The notes under the pieces are model-generated. The model was not told the origin of the DNA and searched no databases. It saw only the letters and a program-made list of their open reading frames with translations. Positions 11,243 through 20,988 of a stretch of DNA of 64,000 nucleotides are shown here, one piece after another (the stretch's first letter is position 1; the number at the start of each line of letters is the position of its first letter). The DNA lies in the NCBI GenBank assembly GCA_965199955.1, contig CBDATQ010000001.1:1088001-1152000 (forward strand), given 5' to 3'. Origin of the DNA: Spirochaetia bacterium (lineage in GTDB: Bacteria; Spirochaetota; Spirochaetia; SZUA-6; Bin103). The position numbers were made by a program, and so were the translations under genes.

Positions 11243-11968
11243 TCAGCGCTCGATTGAGTCCCGGGTGAGCGGCTCGCCGATGTAGATGCCTTCCGGCCCG
11301 AGGTAGTCGACGTTGGTTCCATCGATGAGGACCTGCACCGCGTCGACGGTAGGAAGATCGGTGGCCGAATACACGAGCTGCTTCAGGCGGCCCAGGAGTG
11401 CTTCCTGGCCGAGCGAGCTGAAGCGGAATCCTTGACCGAGATCGATGGTCGCCGTCCCGTCCTGGACGGATACACCGTGAAGCTCCACATCCTCGGGCAG
11501 CAGGCTGATGAGATCGAGGCGCTGCTCGGCATCCGTGGGTCCGGCGAGGAGCTCGCGCAGCGTCGCCGTGAGCGGCGCGGCATCGGCGCTGACCGACCGC
11601 TGCACGCCGTGGAGCCGCATTTCGCCGGCCTCGTCCACCATCACGAAGAACACCCGGGCGGTGCGCTTCGGCACGGGCGGTTCGGGCTGCTCCACACGGG
11701 CAGGCCGCGGGGCCGCAGGCTCCTGCGTCGGGTCGATCGTCTCCGCACGGTCCGGCGCCTGGCTCCGATTCACGTACCGGTTCGAAGGCTGGCCGGATGG
11801 TCGCTGCACGACTACGGAGGAACCATCCCCCGGCATCACCGCCGAAAAGAAGTCGGTTGACTCCAGCACCCGTTCGATGGTCGGACGGCTGAACACGAAC
11901 ACCACCAGCACCGCGGTAACCAGGCCCACCCAGAAGACGAACCCCACCCAAGACCGCTTGCGAGCCAT
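11243..11968 (-). CDS. GerMN-domain membrane-anchored protein
   Basis: N-terminal TM; LLAGPT...LISLLP...QLVYSAT...VQVLIDG pattern. Confidence 0.85.
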   Translation of the reverse strand: MARKRSWVGFVFWVGLVTAVLVVFVFSRPTIERVLESTDFFSAVMPGDGSSVVVQRPSGQPSNRYVNRSQAPDRAETIDPTQEPAAPRPARVEQPEPPVPKRTARVFFVMVDEAGEMRLHGVQRSVSADAAPLTATLRELLAGPTDAEQRLDLISLLPEDVELHGVSVQDGTATIDLGQGFRFSSLGQEALLGRLKQLVYSATDLPTVDAVQVLIDGTNVDYLGPEGIYIGEPLTRDSIER

Positions 11969-12040
11969 TCCTATTGAGATCATCGGCACGCCGGTCCGCC
12001 GATTTGATGCGGTCGGCGGTGTCGTGTCAGGGCCGCGAGT

Positions 12041-12070
12041 TTGACAGTGCGGAGCCCGCGGACGTACCGT
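12041..12070 (+). promoter_or_regulatory. Putative sigma70 promoter of der, TTGACA-N18-TACCGT
   Basis: Perfect -35 at 12041-12046, -10 at 12065-12070. Confidence 0.65.
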
Positions 12071-12115
12071 GGGGATAGGGAGTGCCGCTGCTGCTGCCGA
12101 CGCTCCGTTCAGATC

Positions 12116-13492
12116 ATGACTGTCGCCATCATCGGGCGGCCCAACGTCGGCAAGTCCACCTTGTTCAATCGGCTCTGCAACCTCCGCCGGGCGATCACCC
12201 ACGCGGATCCCGGGGTTACCAGAGACTTGGGCTACGCGCCATGGGATATTGGCGGCGGCCTGACAGCCACGCTGATGGACTCAGGCGGTGTCGTCAGTGC
12301 CCGGATCCCTGACGAACCGCTTGCAGACCAGGTTTCGACGCGCGCGCGTGAGGCGGCGGCCGCGGCCGACGTGGTCCTGCTGGTCGTCGACTTCGACGGA
12401 CCGAGCGCCGACGACCATGCGCTCGCGGAGGATCTTCGCCGCCGCGGAAAGGACCCGATCGTGGCGGTCAACAAGGCCGACCATGCCGCCCTTGACGTCG
12501 AGGCGGCTCGATTCCACGAACTCGGCTTCCGCGACGTCGTGGCGATCTCCGCAGCCCACGGCCGCGGCATCGATGCGCTTGCAGAGATCACCCGCACGCG
12601 TCTCTCCGCCGCGGGCGGGGTTCTCCATCATGCTCAGGACCCGGTGCCCGATGAGGACACCCCGGACGGAGTGATTCGTCTTGCGCTGCTCGGGCGGCCC
12701 AACACCGGCAAGTCGACGTTGCTCAATTCGCTCACCGGGCGCCCGCTGGCGCTGGTGGACGCCACGCCCGGCACGACCCGCGATCCGGTGAGCGGCCGCT
12801 TCATCGCAGATGGCGTGCGGTTCGAGGTCGTGGACACCGCGGGGCTCCGGCGGCGGACGCGCGTACAGGAACCCGTAGAATACTATTCCACACAACGTTC
12901 CGTCGACGCGCTGGAGCACAGCGACGTGGTCGTGCTGCTGGCGGATGCCGGGGAGGAGATCGCCGACCAGGACAAACGCCTGGCGTCCCTGGCGGTGCGC
13001 AAGGGAAACGGCCTGGTGGTAGCGCTCAACAAGTGGGATCTGTTCCAGCCTCACCAGCGCGATGGGGTGATTGCGCGCGCCCGCTACCAGCTTCCGGCAC
13101 TGAACTACGTACCGCTGATCACGTTGTCCGCCCGCGAGCGAACCGGCATTTCCAGCCTGACCGAAGCGTGCGCGGCGGTGAGCAGGCAGCGCTCCCGGTT
13201 GGTCTCCACCAGCCAGATCAACGATGCGGTGCGGAAGTGGAACCGGGGGCCGGGAGCTTCGGAGAAAGGAAGGCGCGCGGCGCCGGGCCGCCAACCTCTC
13301 CGAGTCCAGTATGGGGTGCAGACCGGCACCAATCCCGTGCGCCTCCTGTTTTTCGTTAACAGGGTTCGTGTTCCGTCCCACTACCGCCGCTTCCTCGAGA
13401 ACCGGGCGCGGGCCGACCTGGGCTTCGACCGGGTCCCAATCATCATCGACGTTCGCGGGCCTGAGAAACGCGGCCGACCGGGCCGGCGCTGA
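12116..13492 (+). CDS. der: Ribosome biogenesis GTPase Der (EngA)
   Basis: Two G domains: GRPNVGKS/NKAD and GRPNTGKS/DTAG/NKWD; KH-like C-terminus. Confidence 0.96.
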   Translation: MTVAIIGRPNVGKSTLFNRLCNLRRAITHADPGVTRDLGYAPWDIGGGLTATLMDSGGVVSARIPDEPLADQVSTRAREAAAAADVVLLVVDFDGPSADDHALAEDLRRRGKDPIVAVNKADHAALDVEAARFHELGFRDVVAISAAHGRGIDALAEITRTRLSAAGGVLHHAQDPVPDEDTPDGVIRLALLGRPNTGKSTLLNSLTGRPLALVDATPGTTRDPVSGRFIADGVRFEVVDTAGLRRRTRVQEPVEYYSTQRSVDALEHSDVVVLLADAGEEIADQDKRLASLAVRKGNGLVVALNKWDLFQPHQRDGVIARARYQLPALNYVPLITLSARERTGISSLTEACAAVSRQRSRLVSTSQINDAVRKWNRGPGASEKGRRAAPGRQPLRVQYGVQTGTNPVRLLFFVNRVRVPSHYRRFLENRARADLGFDRVPIIIDVRGPEKRGRPGRR

Positions 13493-13505
13493 AAGGGGTA
13501 CCGGT

Positions 13506-13895
13506 ACGTACTACTCGATCGGGCAGGTCAGCGAACTGCTGGGGGTCAAGCCGCACATCCTGCGCTACTGGGAGCGTTCCATCCCGCAGATCGCTCCTCG
13601 CAAGAATGTCTACGGCCGACGAGTGTACGGCAGCTATGAGGTGAACGTGCTGTTTCGCGTCCGCTACCTGTTGCAGGAGGCTCGCTTTACGGTCGACGGC
13701 GCGAGCCGTCGGCTGTGGCAGGAAACCGAGCGGGTCGATCCGGAGTTGCGCGCGCAGCTCGCCGAGATCCGCGACGACCTGCTGGCCGCGCTGGTCGCCA
13801 GCAGGTCGGTGCGGCGCGCCATCGCGGGGAGGGCCGGCAACGGCCGCGGTGCTGCTTCCGGCGCTTCGATGATGCCGGTGCAGGCACGGCCATGA
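13506..13895 (+). CDS. MerR-family transcriptional regulator (apparent ACG start)
   Basis: YSIGQVSELLGVKPHILRYWE HTH; no ATG/GTG/TTG near the domain start; SD AAGGGG 7 nt before ACG 13506. Confidence 0.85.
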   Translation, partial: TYYSIGQVSELLGVKPHILRYWERSIPQIAPRKNVYGRRVYGSYEVNVLFRVRYLLQEARFTVDGASRRLWQETERVDPELRAQLAEIRDDLLAALVASRSVRRAIAGRAGNGRGAASGASMMPVQARP

Positions 13896-13959
13896 AGCGA
13901 ACTATCTTGTAGTTCCACATCAAGAGCGGGGCGGTTCGTACCGTCATTCAATAAGTAGG

Positions 13960-16932
13960 ATGAAGGGGTACGTGTCCGCGGGTGCCCGGGTGCTGCTCGC
14001 GATGTCGAGCCTCGCCGGACGCAGGGTCTCCCGCCCCGGCGTGTGCCTTGCCCTGGCCGCGAGCGCCGTCGCTCTGCCGCTTGCGATCTTGGCCGACGAG
14101 CGTGAGCTCCTAAGCGAAGCCGCGCGGCGGATTACCGATGGCGACTACGAGCTCGCCTTGCAGGTGTACGACACGTTTCTCGCCCGCTATCCGAAGTCCG
14201 AGTCAATTGCGGATGTTCACTTCGGCCGGGGGGTCTCGCTGTATCACCTCGGCCGCTACGAGGAGGCGCTGGAGACCTTCGCACTGATCGGAAGTCGCTA
14301 CCGGCTCGCCGCGTTCCTCGAAGAGATCCCCTATTGGACCGGCATCACCCGGTATCAGCTCGGTGCCTTCGAGGCCGCGGCGCTGGATCTCAAGCAGTTC
14401 GTGAGCTCGGGCGCCGCGCCTGCACGCCGGCCGCAGGCACTGCTGTACCAGGGCTTGGCCGAGTTGGGGGCCGGGAGGGTTGCCGCGGCGCAGGAGTCGC
14501 TCGCGGAGCTGATGCGTCAGAGCGAGGGCATGTCCGACGGTACGATCGCCTACGCCGCGGTTCTGCTGGCCCACAGCTACCGTGCCGGCGGACAACACGA
14601 GGAGCTGGTCGCCTTCGCATCCGGCCTGCCGACCGCATCGTATCCGCCACGGTACCGGGAGCAGATCATGTTCTACGAGGCGGAGGCGCTGTGGGAGCTG
14701 GAGCGCGTGGAGCTTGCCACGGAGCTCTACCGGCAACTCGTGTCGGCCGCTCCTGAGATCGCGGCGGCCGCACACCGTCGGTTGTTCGCCGCCGCACGGC
14801 GGGCCGGCGACCTCGACGCCATGCAGCGCTGGACGCACAGCGCCGAGAACCGTTTCGCAACATCACCCGGGATCCTGAGCGACTTCTGGTTGCGCCTGGG
14901 CACCGAGAGCTACGAGCGTGGCGCCGACGAGCTCGCCGAGCTGTTCCTCCGCAAGGTCTGGGAACGCGAACTGGCCGCCGGAAGGACGGACGGCACAGCG
15001 CCGCTGTACCTGGCGATGACCCTGATCCGCACTGACGCATCCCCGGAGGCCGATCTCCTGTCGGAAGCGAAGGAGATCCTTGCGCATGTCATCCGGATGG
15101 CCCCGGGCCGCTCCGCAGCCGTGCAGATGATCCTCGGCGATATCGCACTGGAAGAGCAGCGGTTCGCCGAAGCCGCCGCTCTGTATAGCGATCTCCGTAC
15201 GCGGCATCAGGACGACGCGCGCGCCGCCGAGGTGGCTTATCTGGCAGCTTACGCGTTCTATCGGGCCGGCGATCTGGTGAAGGCGGATGCGGCTGCCGCG
15301 GACGCCGAGGAAGCCGTGAGAGGAAGTTCCTATCACGCCGATCTGCTGCGCCTGCGGGCCAATCTTGCCCGGCGTGAAGGCAGGCTGGAGGCAGCTCTGC
15401 AGCGCATCGATGAGCTGATCCAACTGCTCCCGGAGGATGTCTCTGCGCAGATCGACCGGATGAAGCTGGCATTCGACCTGGAAGACCACGCGGCGGTAAC
15501 GCAGTACGCGCGCCGGCTTCGGGAGACGTTCCCGGATCTGGCCGGGAGCGATCCCGGCGCGGATGCCGTGGCCGCCTACCTGCAGGGCGTGTCGGAAATC
15601 GCACTCAAGCGGTACCGCGCCGGGATCGAGTTGCTACGCCGGCCGGGGCTCCAGCAGGCATTGGGGGCCGATCTGGCGAATCTGGCCGTGGACGCGGACT
15701 ACTGGCTAGGGTGGGCGCTGTACCGGCTCGGCGAGTTCCGCGAGGCGGCTTCCGTCCTGGAGAGCCGGCAGGATGACGACGACTCCCTGTTCCTCGTGGC
15801 CTGGGCCTACTACAGCGAAGAACGGTTCGAGGAGGCAGCGCACCGCTTCGACAGCCTGGCGCGGCGCGTGGGGGCGAACCTGGCCGGCAGAGCCCGTTAC
15901 ATGCACGCCAAGAGCCTCCGGAACCTGGGCCGCGTAGCGGGTGCGCAACATTCGTACCGAGAGGTATGGGAGCGCTATCCCACCGATGAGGTGGCCGACG
16001 ACGCGCTGTTCGAGTACGGGGAAACCGCCGATGAAGCCGGAGACGTGGAGCTTGCAGTGACCGCGTTCGAGACGCTGGTGGACCGCTATCCGGACAGCAC
16101 GCTCCGTGCGGAAGCGCTGTTCCGGGGCGCCGAGGTCCTCTTCGAGGAGGGCGACTATGCGCGTTCTAAGGACACGTTCTACCGGTACCGGCAAGAGTAT
16201 CCGTCCGGTGAGTCCATCCCCGCCGCGCTGTATTGGGGCGGATTGGCGGCGGAGCGCTCGGGAGAGCGCTTCGAAGCGGCGTTCATGTGGTCGAACCTGA
16301 TCGATCGCTATCCGGACAGCTCCTTTCACCCCGAAGCCCTGAACCTGCGGGCGACGGCCTATCTGGCCGATGGGGAACACGGCGCGGCGCTGGAGAGCCT
16401 CGAAGAGTTGCTGAGACGCCATCCGGATCAGGCGAAGGCGCTGGGCACGGAGCAGCGGATCGCCGAGGTCAAGCTGCTGATGACCGGCCTCACCGGCAGG
16501 GAGGCGGAGCTTTCGGCTTCCGTCGAGCGGCTCGGCCGCGCGGAGACCGAGGCGGGGCGCAAGGCGATGCTGGAGTTGGCAGGCCTGTATCTGATCGACG
16601 AGTCGGCGCCTCCCGACCGCGCCTTTCGACTGCTGGAGGACGTGGCCTCGACCGCGAGCGACCCGACCGTCCTCGCACGTGCCCGGGTGATGCTCGGCGA
16701 GTACTACCTGCGGCGCGAGGACCCGACGGCGGCGGCAAGGGCCTTCCTCGACGCCGCCCTGGTCCAGGGAGCGGAGGAGGAGCTGCGCGCGGAAGCCATC
16801 CTGAAGTCGGCCGAGGCGGAGGCCGCCGCGGGGCGGTCCGACGCCGCGAAAGCGCTTGCGCAGCGGATTCTGGACAACTTCCCCGAATCCAGGTGGGCCG
16901 GGCAGGCGCGCACAATGGTAGGTGAGGAATGA
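13960..16932 (+). CDS. Large exported tetratricopeptide-repeat protein
   Basis: Hydrophobic N-terminal signal; many TPR units ending in YP/FP turns (RYPKS, RYPTD, RYPDS, NFPES). Confidence 0.85.
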   Translation: MKGYVSAGARVLLAMSSLAGRRVSRPGVCLALAASAVALPLAILADERELLSEAARRITDGDYELALQVYDTFLARYPKSESIADVHFGRGVSLYHLGRYEEALETFALIGSRYRLAAFLEEIPYWTGITRYQLGAFEAAALDLKQFVSSGAAPARRPQALLYQGLAELGAGRVAAAQESLAELMRQSEGMSDGTIAYAAVLLAHSYRAGGQHEELVAFASGLPTASYPPRYREQIMFYEAEALWELERVELATELYRQLVSAAPEIAAAAHRRLFAAARRAGDLDAMQRWTHSAENRFATSPGILSDFWLRLGTESYERGADELAELFLRKVWERELAAGRTDGTAPLYLAMTLIRTDASPEADLLSEAKEILAHVIRMAPGRSAAVQMILGDIALEEQRFAEAAALYSDLRTRHQDDARAAEVAYLAAYAFYRAGDLVKADAAAADAEEAVRGSSYHADLLRLRANLARREGRLEAALQRIDELIQLLPEDVSAQIDRMKLAFDLEDHAAVTQYARRLRETFPDLAGSDPGADAVAAYLQGVSEIALKRYRAGIELLRRPGLQQALGADLANLAVDADYWLGWALYRLGEFREAASVLESRQDDDDSLFLVAWAYYSEERFEEAAHRFDSLARRVGANLAGRARYMHAKSLRNLGRVAGAQHSYREVWERYPTDEVADDALFEYGETADEAGDVELAVTAFETLVDRYPDSTLRAEALFRGAEVLFEEGDYARSKDTFYRYRQEYPSGESIPAALYWGGLAAERSGERFEAAFMWSNLIDRYPDSSFHPEALNLRATAYLADGEHGAALESLEELLRRHPDQAKALGTEQRIAEVKLLMTGLTGREAELSASVERLGRAETEAGRKAMLELAGLYLIDESAPPDRAFRLLEDVASTASDPTVLARARVMLGEYYLRREDPTAAARAFLDAALVQGAEEELRAEAILKSAEAEAAAGRSDAAKALAQRILDNFPESRWAGQARTMVGEE

Positions 16933-18590
16933 TGGACATGAGAGTGTCGGCGGCGCGACGCGTCGCCGGGTACGCGCTGGCGACCGTACTGGCGGCGTTG
17001 ACCGTAGCCGCCCATGGGCAGGCAAGCGACCTGCAGCCGGCGGCTCGCCCGCTGGAGGTGCCTGCCGTCACGTTGAGCATCGAGGACGTGGCGGAGGTAC
17101 AGGTGAAACCGGGCCTGCCGCCGGAGGCAGAGCTGACGAAGCCGGATTCGGCCGTGCCGCTGCCGGAGGCCGATGAGCTGCGGGTGGTCACGCCCGGATT
17201 GCCGGAAGTCTTGACCGACTCCGGCGAGGGCGGCCCCGGGCTGCTGGGCCCCGGTCTGGCGATGCAGGCGGCGGTCGCCGCCGGCAACAACGGCCTGCTC
17301 ACCAGCAGCATCGCCCTTCAGCACGCGGGTGACGGACCGGACTTTCATCTGGGCGTGGACCACCAGCTTCTGGAGGGATTCGGGCCGCCGGCACCCTTGC
17401 AGGGGTACCACCGCACCGACGATCTGCAGGGTGCCTACAGCAGCGACATCGGCGGCGCGGACCTTGGCGTGTCCGGCCGCTACCGGCGGGTCGAGGACGG
17501 CCTGCAGGATATCGGCGATCCCGCTCACGACCTGAGCCATCAGCTTGTCGACGGCAACCTGACGTTGCTGGTGCGGCCGAGCAACGTCGTCACGGTGAGC
17601 GGCATGATCGGTGGCAGGGGCGCCTCACGGGAATTCAGGGGCAGCGAAGAGTTGGCGGTGACCGAGTGGCAGGGACGCGCGGGCGCAGGTCTGACGGCGC
17701 AACTCCGTCAGTTGGAGATCGGCGTGACGGGGGACTACGAGTTCCGGCACATTCGTGTCGAGGAGCCGACCGCGCATCGGCTGCTGGGGCAGCTCGCGCT
17801 CACCTACGACCTTGGAGTGCCGGTCCGGCTCGGCGCTCGCGCCGGGGTGCAGTACGCATCCGAAGACAAGACCTCGGAGGTGCGCATCCCGTTCGAGGTG
17901 TCGATGGACGGCATGCCGACCGATCTGATCACCCTGCGGATCGCCGCAGGGCGGGAGATCATCGGCCGCGATCTCGCCGGCCTGTATGAGACGCTCAAGT
18001 TCGTCGAGGAGCCGGCGGATCTGCGCGACACGCGCCAGTGGTTCGGCGACGTGTCGGTGCGGGCGGCCGTCGGCGAGGATGTGCACCTTGTCGCCGCGGT
18101 GCGTGGTGAGTCCGGGACGAACCGGGTCGATGTCAGCGGCGAGCTTGACGAGCATTCCAGGCTGCACCAGGTGGTGCAGACGGCCGAGGCCGGGACACTC
18201 CAGACCGGCCTGGGATTGCGATGGGACATCAACCCCAATGCGGCCCTCAATCTCGACTGGTCGGGAGCATTCTTCGACATCCCGCTGTACCAGTCCCCGC
18301 ACGTGTTCAGCCTCGGCATGCGGGCAACTTGGGACGGCGGCCGCTTCGGCGTCGAGAACAACGTCGACTGGGTGTTTCCGAATGAACTGGAGACCGGCAG
18401 GTACCGTGCACCCGACGTGGGCCTGCCAATCGTCTCGGCCCGCGGTTTCTACAACATCTCGGACAATTTCGCCATAGTCGCCGGTCTCGCCGATCTGCTG
18501 CAGCCGTTGTCGGATGAGCCGCGCTACGAGCTGGCGCCATACCAGGAGCCCGGCTTCCAGGCCTCGCTCGGCGTCGAAGTCAACCTGTAG
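16929..18590 (+). CDS. Putative outer-membrane beta-barrel protein (TonB-receptor-like)
   Basis: Signal peptide, alternating amphipathic strands, C-terminal GFQASLGVEVNL; inside the ExbBD-TonB operon. Confidence 0.7.
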   Translation: MMDMRVSAARRVAGYALATVLAALTVAAHGQASDLQPAARPLEVPAVTLSIEDVAEVQVKPGLPPEAELTKPDSAVPLPEADELRVVTPGLPEVLTDSGEGGPGLLGPGLAMQAAVAAGNNGLLTSSIALQHAGDGPDFHLGVDHQLLEGFGPPAPLQGYHRTDDLQGAYSSDIGGADLGVSGRYRRVEDGLQDIGDPAHDLSHQLVDGNLTLLVRPSNVVTVSGMIGGRGASREFRGSEELAVTEWQGRAGAGLTAQLRQLEIGVTGDYEFRHIRVEEPTAHRLLGQLALTYDLGVPVRLGARAGVQYASEDKTSEVRIPFEVSMDGMPTDLITLRIAAGREIIGRDLAGLYETLKFVEEPADLRDTRQWFGDVSVRAAVGEDVHLVAAVRGESGTNRVDVSGELDEHSRLHQVVQTAEAGTLQTGLGLRWDINPNAALNLDWSGAFFDIPLYQSPHVFSLGMRATWDGGRFGVENNVDWVFPNELETGRYRAPDVGLPIVSARGFYNISDNFAIVAGLADLLQPLSDEPRYELAPYQEPGFQASLGVEVNL

Positions 18591-18608
18591 AGGAAGGGAG
18601 GATAGGCC

Positions 18609-19217
18609 GTGGACATCATTCAGAAAGGCGGTCCGATCATGGTCGTGATCATCTTTCTGTCGGTCGTGGCAGTGGTCGTGATCATCGAGCGGATGCTGTA
18701 CTTTCGCCGCAACCGGGTGGATGAGGAGAAGCTGCTCAGCCGGCTGAAGAGCCGCCTGCAGGAGCGTCACTTCGATGAAGCCCTGGCGATCTGCGAAGCG
18801 AACCCGTCGCCGATCTCCAGCCTGGTCTCGGTCGGCATCCAGCACCGCCACCAGCCGAACCGCGTCGTCCGGGAGATCATCATGGACGCGGCCAACGTCG
18901 AGATCCCCAAGCAGGAGCGTTTTCTGCCGACTCTCGGAACGATCGCTCACGTGGCGCCGTTGCTGGGCCTGCTGGGGACGGTGACCGGAAACATCAGTGC
19001 GTTCGGCGTGCTCGGCGAGGCGGGTGCGGTGGCGGATTCATCCCAGCTGGCGCTCGGGATCTCGGAGGCATTGCTGACCACCGCTGCCGGCCTGATCGTC
19101 GGTATTCCGGTGATCATGTTCTACAACTACCTGGTCAGCAAAGCCAACAATACGATCGTCCGGCTGGAGAACCGGGTCAGCGAGCTCGTGCTGCTGCTGG
19201 GAGTTCAGGGGGAATGA
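18609..19217 (+). CDS. exbB: MotA/TolQ/ExbB proton-channel family protein
   Basis: APLLGLLGTVTG, GISEALLTTAAGL. Confidence 0.93.
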   Translation: MDIIQKGGPIMVVIIFLSVVAVVVIIERMLYFRRNRVDEEKLLSRLKSRLQERHFDEALAICEANPSPISSLVSVGIQHRHQPNRVVREIIMDAANVEIPKQERFLPTLGTIAHVAPLLGLLGTVTGNISAFGVLGEAGAVADSSQLALGISEALLTTAAGLIVGIPVIMFYNYLVSKANNTIVRLENRVSELVLLLGVQGE

Positions 19218-19639
19218 TGACACTGCGCAGGCGGCGCCTGCAGCGCAGCACGAGGGTCGACATGGTTCCCATGATCGACGTCGTGTTTCAGCTTGTCATC
19301 TTCTTCATGGTCTCCTCGACGTTCAAGATCACCCCCGCGATCGGATTGACCCTGCCGGAATCGGCGACGGCGGTGCCGACGGAGATGACGCGCCTGGTCA
19401 TCACCGTGCACTCGCATGACGCGATCTATCTCAACGAACGGAAGCTCGACCTCGACGGTCTGGCCAACGCGTTCGGCAAGGACGGCATCGACCCCGAGTC
19501 GGTCCAGAGCATCATCGTCGAGGTGGATGAAGGAGCATCCTCGCAGATTCTGGTCCATGTGATGGACGTGTTGCGCATGAACGGAATACACGCGGTAGCG
19601 CTGCGAACGCGTCTTGCCCCGGGCCGAGCGGTGCCGTGA
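19214..19639 (+). CDS. exbD: ExbD/TolR family protein
   Basis: MVPMIDVVFQLVIFFMV with the conserved Asp. Confidence 0.93.
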   Translation: MMTLRRRRLQRSTRVDMVPMIDVVFQLVIFFMVSSTFKITPAIGLTLPESATAVPTEMTRLVITVHSHDAIYLNERKLDLDGLANAFGKDGIDPESVQSIIVEVDEGASSQILVHVMDVLRMNGIHAVALRTRLAPGRAVP

Positions 19640-20988
19640 CCTTCCGCGAGCAGTCGGAACGGATGTTCGCCGGCGTTCTGGTGGCAGCTGTGCTGCACGG
19701 CGCGCTGCTGATCGCCATGCACAAGGTGTTCGACCTCCGCTTCGAGGACTATACGCGGCCCCTGACGGTTCAGTTGCTCGCCCCGGAGCACCGCGGCGCG
19801 CCCATCAGAGAGGAGCGGCCGCTGCCGAAGCAGGAGGAGGCGGCCCCGGAGGTGGCCGTGCCCAAGCCCGCGCCGCAGCCGGTCGCCACTCCGCGGCCCG
19901 CTGCCCGGCCGCAACCGGCGCCGGAACAGGCAACCGCGCAGGAGCCGGCTCCGGTCAGGACGCAGCCGCGAACGGAGTCCGCGCCGGCCGAGGCGTCTGC
20001 CACCCCGGTCGCGGCGTGGACGCCGGCGCTCCGCCAGTCGGTGGAGTCCGCGCCGGTACGCGGAGGTGGGGGCTTGAACGCCGTGACCGGCGACACCGTC
20101 CGCCAGGCCGAGCCGCGTGCGGCCGCGGCGGCTTCGGCTGCTGCCCCGTTCATGGCGCAGGATGCGGCGCAGGACGATCTCGCCACCACCTTCAAGGACG
20201 GGCTGGCGTTGCCGGTGGACGACTCGGTGTATGCCAGGAGCGCGTCGAGCCGAGCGCCCGGCGCGAGTGCTTTCCAGGGCGCCGGTTCCGACGACTCGGT
20301 GCCGGTGGTACGCGACCCCGGGCTCAGCGGCAGGAGCCGGGACGCTTCGGCACCGCTCACTCCGGTACGCATGAGCGGGACCCCGACGGCCAGCAGGGCG
20401 GATGCCCCGGGCACCGCCGGAACCGAGCGGGGCGTGCCGCTTGTTGATTCCGCGCCGCAGGTGGCGCCCAAGCCGGCTCCGGTGGACGCCACGGTGTACG
20501 GAGGTCCGGCAGCACCGTCGGGCGAAGCCACAGATGGCGGGGAGCGGTTGCAGGATCTCGACCGGGCGCTCCGCGCGAGCGGCAGCGACAGCACCGCCAG
20601 CGCGGGCGCGGATCGAGGTGCCAGCACGGCAGCCGACGGGGTCGCGGGTCCCGCGGTCGCTGACGCGCGGCTGCCAGAAGGCTGGAACGTGTCGGGCTCC
20701 CTGGGGCTGCGCCCGTTGTTGAAGGTCGTGGATCCGGCGCTGCCGAAGCGATACCCGAACGAGCTCGTTCGTTCGACGTTGCGCTTGCATATCAGCGTGG
20801 ACTCGCAGGGATTGGTGAAGTACGAACGCTGGGAGCAGAACTCGGGGTCCACGGAGATCAACAACAAGATCATCGAAGCGCTGCGCCAATGGCGCTATGA
20901 GCCGGTAAAGACCCAGGATCGGGTCTACGGCATCGTGACCATCGAGATCCGCACCCGTTCAGCCGAGGTGGCCGTCAGCGGGCAATGA
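19636..20988 (+). CDS. TonB-family energy transducer with long Pro/Ala linker
   Basis: TM with LHG His, PAP-rich linker, C-terminal P-x-YP...SGS...ALRQWRYEP. Confidence 0.8.
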   Translation: MTFREQSERMFAGVLVAAVLHGALLIAMHKVFDLRFEDYTRPLTVQLLAPEHRGAPIREERPLPKQEEAAPEVAVPKPAPQPVATPRPAARPQPAPEQATAQEPAPVRTQPRTESAPAEASATPVAAWTPALRQSVESAPVRGGGGLNAVTGDTVRQAEPRAAAAASAAAPFMAQDAAQDDLATTFKDGLALPVDDSVYARSASSRAPGASAFQGAGSDDSVPVVRDPGLSGRSRDASAPLTPVRMSGTPTASRADAPGTAGTERGVPLVDSAPQVAPKPAPVDATVYGGPAAPSGEATDGGERLQDLDRALRASGSDSTASAGADRGASTAADGVAGPAVADARLPEGWNVSGSLGLRPLLKVVDPALPKRYPNELVRSTLRLHISVDSQGLVKYERWEQNSGSTEINNKIIEALRQWRYEPVKTQDRVYGIVTIEIRTRSAEVAVSGQ

